From the NCBI GenBank assembly GCA_963727775.1, contig CAVSHB010000004.1, positions 192,001-256,000 on the forward strand: DNA of 64,000 bases, given 5' to 3'. This DNA is from an uncultured Nitrospiraceae bacterium. Lineage in GTDB: Bacteria; Nitrospirota; Thermodesulfovibrionia; Thermodesulfovibrionales; SM23-35. The notes under the pieces are model-generated. The model had not been told where the DNA came from. It saw only the letters and a list, made by a program, of their open reading frames with translations, and did no database searches. A program made the translations under genes and the position numbers. Shown in pieces: positions 40,955 through 49,415 of this stretch. Position 1 is the stretch's first letter. Every line of letters starts with the position of its first letter.

Positions 40955-41476
40955 TCAATTTTCAGCGGGAGTCACTTGTGCCTGGTCAATATGCTGTGTA
41001 TTTAATGTTTGCCAGCGTGCGTCATGGGCAAGACGAATTGCTGCGGCTCTTGTTGGGGTACAACCAATGGTACTGGCAAGCTCTCTGTCATAAATGTTTC
41101 GATGTTCCCAGTCATCCAGCATAATAGGAGTACCACTTGGATACGAAGTCAGCAGGTTGCCAAGCCGTAAAATCCGAAGAACAAGAGCATGCATTGTCGA
41201 TACGTGAACTTGAAGTGCAGTTGTGGCACATAGTTGGTTGCTGCAGAAAGTCTGTATTCTTGAACGGAGTTCAGCGCATGCGGCACGGGTAAAGGAAATT
41301 ACATAAACATTGTCAGAATTTGCACCGTTATTAAGTAAGTCAGCTACCCTTTTTTCGATTGTATAAGTTTTACCAGTGCCTGGCCCAGCGACCAGTCGTA
41401 TCTGACGTGCGCTGTCTCTTGCTGCCACCCATTGTTGTTGCTCTGCTGCCGCTCTTTGTGTTGCTGTTATAGGCAT
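40955..41476 (-). pseudogene. Truncated UvrD/Rep-family (SF1A) helicase, N-terminal part only
   Basis: Walker A VAGPGTGKT, ISFTRAA, VSTMHA; ends at 173 aa before any motif II. Confidence 0.75.
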
Positions 41477-41722
41477 AACAAGTCTTCTCTCTTAAGTTTT
41501 ACCTTTGGATTTCTGAGTTGTCTTTTATTCCTTGGGACTGTTAATTATACAAAGCCTTTATGCATTTTAACAGATTTAGATATTGTTAGTTTAGGAGAGA
41601 GATCTCTTGTCCCCACAGGCACGCTTGGTAAAGAGGGTTTCTTTTGAAAAGCGATAGTGCTTGCGAGATGTCAGCAATGCGGAGCTTGCTATATTGTTGT
41701 AGAGTTAGGCCTTGTTAAAGAA

Positions 41723-41793
41723 GGCTATACTCTTTCTTGATTCAGACCAATGTGCGAGTTGGTTAAATCCAAACCAAAGAAAGGAGTATAGCC
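41723..41793 (+). promoter_or_regulatory. Inverted repeat that sequesters the IS110 transposase SD
   Basis: GGCTATACTCTTTCT (41723-41737) pairs with AGAAAGGAGTATAGCC (41778-41793), which lies directly before the ATG. Confidence 0.65.
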
Positions 41794-43056
41794 ATGAAGA
41801 AGAGTAAAACAAAAAAGTTTAAAGTAGTCAATGGTAGAACGATGATTGTGACAGCTGATATGGGAAAGGATAGACATTTTGGATACTGGCGCTGTCCGGA
41901 CGGAAGCGATGTGAAGCCCTTTGCCTTCTGGAACAACGGCAGGGGTTTCCAAGAGTTCTGGGATCGTGTATCTTATGCCAAAAAGCTCCATAACATCGAA
42001 GATATTGTTTTTGGATACGAGTCCACCGGGCCGTATGCCGAACCTCTTGTTCATTTCATGCGTGCGAGAGGCGTACACATGGTACAAGTAAGCCCTATGC
42101 ACACTAAGAGGCTTAAGGAGCTTCAGGGTAATTCGCCGAACAAGACCGACCAGAAAGACCCAAAGGTTATCGCTGATATTATGGCACTTGGCCACGCCCT
42201 GACTGTAGTGATCCCGGAAGGTCCAGCGGCCGAACTCAGGAGGCTCACTCAGGCCAGGGAAAGGAGCAACGAGCGTTATGTATCCCTGGTGAACCAGCTC
42301 CAGAGCTTGCTTGCGATTATCTTTCCTGAGTTTTTGCAGGTAATGAAGGATGTAAAGACGTTGACTGCCCGATATCTCCTTGCGCAGTGCCCAGCACCCA
42401 AGGATATTGTCGCGTACGGTCTTGATAATTTGAGTGCAACGATCAATAAGGTCAGCCGCGGAAAGCTGAAGGAAGATCGCGCCAAGGCCCTCTATGAGGC
42501 TGCAACAGCTTCTATAGGTGTAACCGAAGGCATGACGAGCATTATACGTGAGATAAGAGAACTTCTTATCGCCATGGACGCTGCTGAGTCCTTTACCGGG
42601 GATCTGGAAAAGGAAATGGGGTATTATCTGAAGCAGATTCCCTACAGTGGCTCGATCCTCTCGATAAAGGGGATTAAAGAGGTTACCACTGCCGGTCTTA
42701 TCGGTGAAGTGGGTGATTTTCGGAAGTTTCAAACCCTCTCCGAGATCCTAAAGCTCGCAGGGCTGGACCTTTATGAGATCAGTTCTGGCCAATACAAGGG
42801 GAAGCGACGCATATCTAAGCGAGGCCGTCACCTGCTGCGTAAACTTTTGTACTTTGCCTCGCTCAACACAGTCCGCAGAGGTGGAATAATGCACGATCAA
42901 TATCAAAAGTACCTTGAGCGGGGCATGCCTAAGACCAAGGCGCTGATCGCCGTAGCAAGAAAACTTCTTGGAATCATATTTGCTGTTGTGCGTGACCAAA
43001 GTGTATACAAAAAAGATTTCTCTATAGTCTCACTTCAATACCAGGAGGCTGCATAA
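41794..43056 (+). CDS. IS110-family DEDD recombinase/transposase
   Basis: ADMGKDRH, GYESTGPY, KTDQKD (RuvC DEDD); SIKGIKEVT, AGLD..EISSG (catalytic Ser region), ISKRG, ALIAVARKL. Confidence 0.95.
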   Translation: MKKSKTKKFKVVNGRTMIVTADMGKDRHFGYWRCPDGSDVKPFAFWNNGRGFQEFWDRVSYAKKLHNIEDIVFGYESTGPYAEPLVHFMRARGVHMVQVSPMHTKRLKELQGNSPNKTDQKDPKVIADIMALGHALTVVIPEGPAAELRRLTQARERSNERYVSLVNQLQSLLAIIFPEFLQVMKDVKTLTARYLLAQCPAPKDIVAYGLDNLSATINKVSRGKLKEDRAKALYEAATASIGVTEGMTSIIREIRELLIAMDAAESFTGDLEKEMGYYLKQIPYSGSILSIKGIKEVTTAGLIGEVGDFRKFQTLSEILKLAGLDLYEISSGQYKGKRRISKRGRHLLRKLLYFASLNTVRRGGIMHDQYQKYLERGMPKTKALIAVARKLLGIIFAVVRDQSVYKKDFSIVSLQYQEAA

Positions 43057-43060
43057 CTTA

Positions 43061-43234
43061 TAGTATTGGCGTGTAAGCGGGGAGATTACCGACCTGATAC
43101 CTAAGGCGGCTGAGCCGACCTTCATGCGGAGCTTGTAACTCCCCGCTTGCACCTTAGTCTCGATTAAGCAAGGTCAGGGCTCTGTTGAGACCCTCGAATT
43201 ACCAGTGTCAGGCAAGGTGCTACACCAAAGACTA
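43061..43234 (+). ncRNA. Predicted bridge RNA/seekRNA of the IS110 element (target- and donor-binding loops)
   Basis: Outer stem 43061-43075/43221-43234 and two stem-internal loop-hairpin arms. Loop strands match junction sequences: ATGCGGAGCTTG 43124-43135 = 41677-41688; ACCAGT 43201-43206 = 43557-43562; AGCAAG 43167-43172 = reverse complement of 41685-41690. Confidence 0.75.
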
Positions 43235-43948
43235 AAGTGACTTCCTCCTAATGGAGATGGAAGTGAGAAGGTTGATATAAGGTTAAGTGAAAGGAGCCAA
43301 GAGGAGGCATAAAAAAGAGAAACGCCGAATCCAGGGGATACCGTAATATGGGTCATGCTGAGATAATCGATCCTATAGCTTTCTACGAAGCCGCTTTTTC
43401 AGAATTGGCTCTCAAACATGCAGAATGGATTACGTAATGAGACAAGGGATCTGGGGGCAAAGAACGAAGCAGAAACCATTGAAGCCAGGAAACCTTAGTA
43501 GTGGCTTGTCTCTATCAGAGGGGAGTTACTCCGTAAAAAGTTCTTGACAATAATAAACCAGTAGAAGGTGGACTGAGCATGGTTAGAATATCGCCTCCCG
43601 CAAGTTAGTTCTAACAAAAATCATTCCTCCTTAAACTTCAAAGTAATTTCATCTGTTCTTCATAATGCTGTAACTTTGGAACTATATACTTTTTTACAAC
43701 TAATAAAATCCTGAAACTTTTCAACGGAGTGAAATTAACAGAATGACGGAAAGATTTCGGCTTCGAGTTCATTCGGGATGGGCAGTAATTTTGAGGTATG
43801 GTTCCCTCTTAACCAAAGTTGGGAAGCCATCCGGGAAAAGGAAGTCCACCCTTCTGTTCCGATATAACTGGGCAGAATGGCCCAAAAAAGTTTAGCAGTA
43901 TTTGAACCTGCAAAAACTTTTCTCAATCAGAAAGGAGTTTTTTAAATC

Positions 43949-44173
43949 ATGGCAAAAGAAATATTAAACACGAACGGTATTGCCTGGACACTTGCGATGT
44001 TCAAACTTGCGTCAAAGGCGGTTTCTATGCAGTCGGGCAACATCCTGGAAGTGGTCGGGACCAATCAGGCTTTTGAGAGGGACATCCGGACATGGTGCGA
44101 CAGGTTAAACAAAAAGCTCCTGTTTATTAAGAGTGAAAATGAAGACGGCAAGAGATGTCAGATACTGTTCTGA
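43949..44173 (+). CDS. TusA/SirA-family protein lacking the CPxP cysteine
   Basis: Size and pattern (MQSGNILEV, FERDIRTWC) fit the TusA fold; GIAWTLA in place of GLxCPxP; AAAGGAG SD. Confidence 0.65.
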   Translation: MAKEILNTNGIAWTLAMFKLASKAVSMQSGNILEVVGTNQAFERDIRTWCDRLNKKLLFIKSENEDGKRCQILF

Positions 44174-44240
44174 TTTTTTCAGCTTACGCAAATATGATTT
44201 TTGACTAATCAAATAACATCAAATTATAAGGAGAAAATTT

Positions 44241-44642
44241 ATGGAAGAAACAAAGAAAAAAGTAGTGATCATCGACGATGACGAAAAACTTCTCACAACC
44301 GCGAAAGAGTTGCTCGAAGAAGAAGGATATGACGTTGTGACACATCAGCTTGCATTCGGTGCAACAAATTTCATCAAACAAAACAAACCTGATCTTGTAT
44401 TGCTTGATATTAATATGCCGGGGCTTTCCGGAGAGAGGTTTTCCAGGATACTCCTTTCCAACTATGAAACCAAAGACATGCCCATCGTGTTCTATTCATC
44501 GAATGATGAGGACAGTCTCAGAAGAACCGTATCGGAGTATGGCGCGAGAGGCTATATCTGCAAGGGGGACATATTCGAATTGAAGAAAAAGGTTGATTTA
44601 TATATAGGCCGGCCTTCGGATACCTGCAGAGACGGAAAATGA
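44241..44642 (+). CDS. Single-domain response regulator
   Basis: IIDDD, LVLLDINMP, IVFYSS, YICKG. Confidence 0.9.
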   Translation: MEETKKKVVIIDDDEKLLTTAKELLEEEGYDVVTHQLAFGATNFIKQNKPDLVLLDINMPGLSGERFSRILLSNYETKDMPIVFYSSNDEDSLRRTVSEYGARGYICKGDIFELKKKVDLYIGRPSDTCRDGK

Positions 44643-46474
44643 TAGCCAGTCAGCGGTGGGACATGGATAACGGTAGGCCCGTTTCTTTCTTGAAACATAA
44701 TACGTCCAGCGAGATTGAAAGGGATGAAATTCTTGAACTTCTCGATAATAATTCTTTGACCGTCCATTTTCAGCCCATTTTTTCATCAAAATCAGGATCG
44801 GTATACGGATATGAGGCATTAACAAGGATTCAAGGGGAACATACATTTAAAGATGTAAGCGACTTGTTCGCAAAAGCCAAGCTGGCAGGGACATTGTCAT
44901 CTCTCGATTCCCTTTGTCGTGAAAATACCATCAAAGAAGCTTCGATTCTCGGTATAAACAAAAAGAATGTCAATTTGTTCATTAATATATGTCCCGAGAC
45001 TCTCACCGACCCGGCCCACAGCATGAGCATTATGGAAGAGATCGCCGAAAAATGGCACATCCCGAAAGAGAAGATTGTTCTTGAAATAACAGAAGAAGGT
45101 GCTGTACACAACTATGATTTTTTCAAGGATACCGTATCTTATTGCAAAAGCAGAGGATACAGGATAGCAATCGATGATTTCGGGTCCGGTTGCGGGGGAT
45201 TAAAAATGCTTTCGATTATCGAACCCGACTTTATAAAAATAGACCGGCATTTTATATCCAATATCAATCTATCCACGATAAAGTACAATCTCGTCGATTC
45301 TGTCGTCATTGCCTGTAACAGGATCGGTATAAAGGTGATCGCTGAAGGGATAGAACGGCAGGAAGAATTAGATACAGTCCTGAACCTGGGGATAGATCTT
45401 CTCCAGGGATATTATCTCGCTGTTCCTGAACCGGTGCTGAACAGCGTGAATTCGACAATTCCCGGGATAGTTGTGCAGAGCAAGAATGCCGATAGAGAAT
45501 ATTATCTGATAAGCGATATCTCCGGCAGAGTAGAGCCTATTCAGCCTTCAGAACCTGTTATTGCTGCATTCAAGAGGTTTACTGCCGATCCTGAACTCAA
45601 ATTATTGCCTGTTGTCGAAGGAGAGCGGATTGTCGGAATCCTGCACAGGAACAGGTTCCTGGAAAACCAGGTGATCGGCAAATACGGCTTCGGCTTCGCG
45701 TTGAACACATACAAAACCGTTGCCCATCGTATGGAACACCAGTGCCTGCTTGTAGAGGCCAATACTCCCCTGGAAGAAGTTGCGCAAAGGATCCAGTCAC
45801 GAAAATCCGCTTTTATTTATGACGATATATGCGTTACAAAGAACGGAAAGTACCACGGAACAGTTGCGCTCAGGCTGCTCCTTGACGCCCTGACCGAAAG
45901 AAACCTTATCCTTGCCAAGGGGGCCAACCCCCTCACAGGGCTTCCGGGTAATGAATTCATACAGAGGGAAGTCAGCAAAAGACTGTCGCAAAATATGTAT
46001 TTCGACGTCTGTTATATCGATATAGATAATTTCAAACCCTACAATGACCATTACGGCTTTGAAAGGGGCGATTTTGTTATCACTACTTTGGCAGGGATCA
46101 TAACTGAAGCGATAGAATCGATCAGCGCAGATAAGTTTAATTTTGTGGGGCACATAGGCGGCGATGATTTCATTATCATAGCGCGTCCGCAGATTTCAAT
46201 TCCTTCATGTGAAAAGATAATATCAAAATTCAAAGACCGCCTTATAGAATTTCACAACGCGGAAGATTATCGAAACGGATTCTACAAGTCAAAGAACAGA
46301 GCCGGTAAACTGGAAAATTTTGACTTACTGTCACTTTCCATAGGAATTGTAAGCACGGAACTGTACAAAATAGAGTCATATGCTGAGCTTGCCTCTATTG
46401 CAACAGAAGTCAAGAAAGGAGCAAAGATGCAGAAAGGCTCATCCATCGTAAGAGACAGAAGAATCGGGAAATAA
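44639..46474 (+). CDS. EAL-CBS-GGDEF c-di-GMP enzyme
   Basis: FQPI, YEALTR, IDDFGSG, KIDR, AEGIE; CBS-like LPVVEGERIVG; NPLTGLPGN, DIDNFKPYND, HIGGDDF. Confidence 0.9.
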   Translation: MIASQRWDMDNGRPVSFLKHNTSSEIERDEILELLDNNSLTVHFQPIFSSKSGSVYGYEALTRIQGEHTFKDVSDLFAKAKLAGTLSSLDSLCRENTIKEASILGINKKNVNLFINICPETLTDPAHSMSIMEEIAEKWHIPKEKIVLEITEEGAVHNYDFFKDTVSYCKSRGYRIAIDDFGSGCGGLKMLSIIEPDFIKIDRHFISNINLSTIKYNLVDSVVIACNRIGIKVIAEGIERQEELDTVLNLGIDLLQGYYLAVPEPVLNSVNSTIPGIVVQSKNADREYYLISDISGRVEPIQPSEPVIAAFKRFTADPELKLLPVVEGERIVGILHRNRFLENQVIGKYGFGFALNTYKTVAHRMEHQCLLVEANTPLEEVAQRIQSRKSAFIYDDICVTKNGKYHGTVALRLLLDALTERNLILAKGANPLTGLPGNEFIQREVSKRLSQNMYFDVCYIDIDNFKPYNDHYGFERGDFVITTLAGIITEAIESISADKFNFVGHIGGDDFIIIARPQISIPSCEKIISKFKDRLIEFHNAEDYRNGFYKSKNRAGKLENFDLLSLSIGIVSTELYKIESYAELASIATEVKKGAKMQKGSSIVRDRRIGK

Positions 46475-46559
46475 TATCTACCATATTGTTAAATTTAACC
46501 TTTCTTTCATAAATTTGTAATATCCCATTGATAAAATCTTTTACCAAAGGAGGTGAATA

Positions 46560-46772
46560 ATGAATATCTACGCAGGCTATAAAGAGCAAGCAAGACTCGG
46601 CAGCAATGAGATGGGATGTCCGTACAACGGCATTAATGTGTGTATGGCCTCATTCTCATCAATGCAAATCGATAACCGGAAAAGGGAAAATTACTGCGGA
46701 ACGGACAACTTCGACAACTGCCCCATATTCTTGTCAAAAGTATTAAGAAAAGTGGCGACGCAGGTAACATAA
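46560..46772 (+). CDS. Small 4-Cys protein
   Basis: AAGGAGGTG SD; CPY-x5-C-x17-C-x7-CPIF. Confidence 0.7.
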   Translation: MNIYAGYKEQARLGSNEMGCPYNGINVCMASFSSMQIDNRKRENYCGTDNFDNCPIFLSKVLRKVATQVT

Positions 46773-46838
46773 AATTCATCTTTTTGTAATATTCCTGTAA
46801 TAGAAGCCGTGTTACTCTATAAAAAAAGGAGTTTAATT

Positions 46839-47078
46839 ATGCACCTGGAAAGAATTTTGACAACATGTCCTTACCTGGCTGGAAGTCCTGAAGGTTCAAT
46901 ATGCCAGGCTGCAGTCACATTCGTAAGAAATATCGAGGATATCGATCCCGATAACTGCATCAGCAGACATTTTGAAATGTGCGGTATTTATATTTCCAAA
47001 CTCCAAGAGATGAATATCATTCCCACTGTTCCCAATAACGTTGCTCGTATTGTCAAAAGTTTTATAGCCAAAAACTAA
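46839..47078 (+). CDS. Small 4-Cys protein (related pattern)
   Basis: AAGGAG SD before ATG 46839; CPY-x9-C-x17-C-x7-CGIY. Confidence 0.65.
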   Translation: MHLERILTTCPYLAGSPEGSICQAAVTFVRNIEDIDPDNCISRHFEMCGIYISKLQEMNIIPTVPNNVARIVKSFIAKN

Positions 47079-47161
47079 TAAAAGAACTCTTATCCAACAA
47101 ACATATAGCTTAAAATAGCTTGCCTCTCACCCTAAAAAATATTTAGGGTTGTACAAATGCG

Positions 47162-47277
47162 GATCGGCTTTCAATTGTGACTCACATCGGTGCTAAGCGT
47201 GAACTCCCCCAACGTCTCTAACATGTTGATTTGCCGCATGGATTCACGGCAACGTGGGTCAAACTTCGAAGCCGATC
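47162..47277. other. ~116-nt rod-like imperfect palindrome between convergent genes (sRNA or MITE candidate)
   Basis: GATCGGCTT/AAGCCGATC terminal stem, TGACTCAC/GTGGGTCA, CGTGAA/TTCACG, CAAC/GTTG nested pairings. Confidence 0.45.
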
Positions 47278-47332
47278 AACAGTCTGTAAAGTAAACTATT
47301 AGGAATATCTAATATTTAGACACATGGGATTT

Positions 47333-49162
47333 TCACAATGTTTCCCATAAGTATTCAAAGGCCTTATCTTCTTTCTTTAACAACTGAGTGAGTGAATCAG
47401 CAGGTAATGGAGGACTCAATAGGTCTCCCTGCATCAGGGTGTTTCCCTGCTGGTACAAAAACAAGAGTTGTTTCACAGTCTCAACACCTTCAGCAATAAC
47501 CTGTAAATTCAGATTATGCGCCAGGGAGATTATCGCGTTTATAATGGCATTATCAGCAGGGTCGATAGAAATATCCCTTATGAAAGATTTGTCGATTTTC
47601 AGTATATCGATAGGAAAACGGTTTAGATAATTCAATGAAGAGTACCCTGTCCCAAAATCATCGATTGAGATTTGAACCCCCATGGATTTGAGTTCCTTCA
47701 AACGTGTTATTGCCTGATCAGTTGTATCCATTAAGATGCTTTCTGTGAGCTCTAACTCAAGGCAGTGCGGATCCAAATCGGTGCTATTGAGGGCGTGCTG
47801 TACGGTTTTCACAAAGCTTTTCTGTTTGAACTGAAGGCCAGAGATATTCACTGTCACACGTATTTTTTTATGCCCTGCTTCTTGCCAGGATTTGTTTTGT
47901 TGACAGGCAGTCTGCAAAACCCATTCTCCGATAGGAAGAATATAACCTGTCTCTTCAGCTAATGGAATGAAAGATGCCGCTGAAAGTAACCCCTTCTCAG
48001 GATGATTCCAGCGTAAGAGCGCTTCTACTCCGACAATTTCCCTTTTTTTGATATTAAGTTGGGGCTGATAATATAGCTGTAACTCTCTGTTATCAGATGC
48101 TTTGCGCAATTGATGCTCAATAGAGAACCTTTCGACAGTTATGGCGTTCATGGATTCTGTATAAAATTGGAAATTATTTCTTCCATTTCTTTTGGCATGA
48201 TACATCGCAGTATCAGCATTCTTTAGAAGGGAGGTCGCATTCTCACCGTTATGGGGAAACACAGCAATCCCAATACTGAAACTCACAAACATTTCATGGC
48301 CTTGCACTTTAAAGGATTCAGAAAATAATTCAAGGATACGTTGTGCCACTATGCTTGTATCTCGTATGTGTCTGATCTCCGTCAGCAGTATTGTAAACTC
48401 ATCTCCTCCTAAACGAGCTACAGTATTTCTTATATCACTCTCCTTTACACGTGCGACGGTATCACTCTTCCGCACATATTGCAACAATCGCTTTGCGATT
48501 TGCTGCAGTAGTTTATCTCCGATATCATGACCGAGCGTATCATTAATGCGTTTAAACTGGTCAAGGTCAAGAAACAGTACGGCCATTTGCCGGTTATATT
48601 TCTTTGCAGATTCAATTGCCTGTGTCACGCGGTCTTTCAATAAATAACGGTTGGGAAGCTTGGTCAATGTGTCATGGTATGCCAGATGGACAATTTTTTC
48701 TTCTGATTTTTTATGGTAAGTGATATCTTCACATGTTGTAACAATGCCTATAGGCTGTCCCTTGGTGTTCTTGACTACATCAGACATTAGTCTTACAGAA
48801 AAGAGACTGTTATCTTTCCGCTTGTTGATGCTTTCCCGTTTCCACCTATTTATCGCTGTGAAATTGTCTTTTGTAATCGGATGCCAGAGTTTGGAAGGAG
48901 CAAACATTTTTACGTTTTTGCCGATCAATTCTTTCACCTTATACCCATGCATGTCTGCGTCTGCCGGATTGGTATACAGAACATTTCCCTGCAGGTCAGT
49001 AACGGTAACACCGAGCTGCATGGTTTCTAATGCCTTCTTAAAGAAACGGAGAGATTCGTTCGTCTTTTTGAATTTATCTTTTATTGATCCGAGTCTTTGA
49101 AGATGATTCTGTAATTCTGATAACTCACTTAGTAGTTGGGATTTGTTTTTTTTATCTTTCAT
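47333..49162 (-). CDS. PAS-GGDEF-EAL diguanylate cyclase/phosphodiesterase
   Basis: PAS; LAYHDTLTKLPNR, ARLGGDEF, YYQPQ, VEALLRW, IDDFGTGYSSL, AEGVE. Confidence 0.93.
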   Translation of the reverse strand: MKDKKNKSQLLSELSELQNHLQRLGSIKDKFKKTNESLRFFKKALETMQLGVTVTDLQGNVLYTNPADADMHGYKVKELIGKNVKMFAPSKLWHPITKDNFTAINRWKRESINKRKDNSLFSVRLMSDVVKNTKGQPIGIVTTCEDITYHKKSEEKIVHLAYHDTLTKLPNRYLLKDRVTQAIESAKKYNRQMAVLFLDLDQFKRINDTLGHDIGDKLLQQIAKRLLQYVRKSDTVARVKESDIRNTVARLGGDEFTILLTEIRHIRDTSIVAQRILELFSESFKVQGHEMFVSFSIGIAVFPHNGENATSLLKNADTAMYHAKRNGRNNFQFYTESMNAITVERFSIEHQLRKASDNRELQLYYQPQLNIKKREIVGVEALLRWNHPEKGLLSAASFIPLAEETGYILPIGEWVLQTACQQNKSWQEAGHKKIRVTVNISGLQFKQKSFVKTVQHALNSTDLDPHCLELELTESILMDTTDQAITRLKELKSMGVQISIDDFGTGYSSLNYLNRFPIDILKIDKSFIRDISIDPADNAIINAIISLAHNLNLQVIAEGVETVKQLLFLYQQGNTLMQGDLLSPPLPADSLTQLLKKEDKAFEYLWETL

Positions 49163-49415
49163 GCATTTTGTAATATTCTGTTTGTATTTTTTGAATAAAA
49201 TTGTTGGGAAGATAGGTAAAATTACCTATCTATCTCAGGAATTTGTTTTAGATATTATTGTACCAATTATATATATATTCAGAAAATATATATGCAGTTT
49301 ATCCAGGCCTTTTAATGTTTTACTTTCCCTTCATAATGAGCAGAGGATAGAACTCTTGTCAGTGTGGACTTCTTCTCTAAATTCCTCATTTTCTTTTTTA
49401 AACTTCTATTTAAGT

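Larger units (their letters stand above)
41685..43561 (+). mobile_element. IS110-family element with AG core and ~500-bp 3' non-coding end
   Basis: Junctions ATGCGG-AG|CTTGCTATATT (41677-41695) and TTGACA...AAACC-AG|TAGAAGG (43544-43568). Joining the ends gives TTGACA-17-TATATT. No TIRs or longer TSD. Confidence 0.85.

Noticed and set aside
41725..42732. 335-aa antisense ORF over the IS110 transposase
   Set aside because: No recognisable motifs; shadow of the + strand gene.
43582..43615. Integron attC-like boxes GTTAGAA / TTCTAAC beside the IS110 right end
   Set aside because: Boxes are in the wrong order for attC, there is no long imperfect palindrome in the rebuilt empty site, and no integrase is present.
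43740..43930. Possible riboswitch upstream of the TusA-like gene (hairpin ATGGTTCCC/GGGAAGCCAT)
   Set aside because: No match I can recognise to c-di-GMP, cobalamin, SAM or other aptamer cores; an Rfam scan would settle it.
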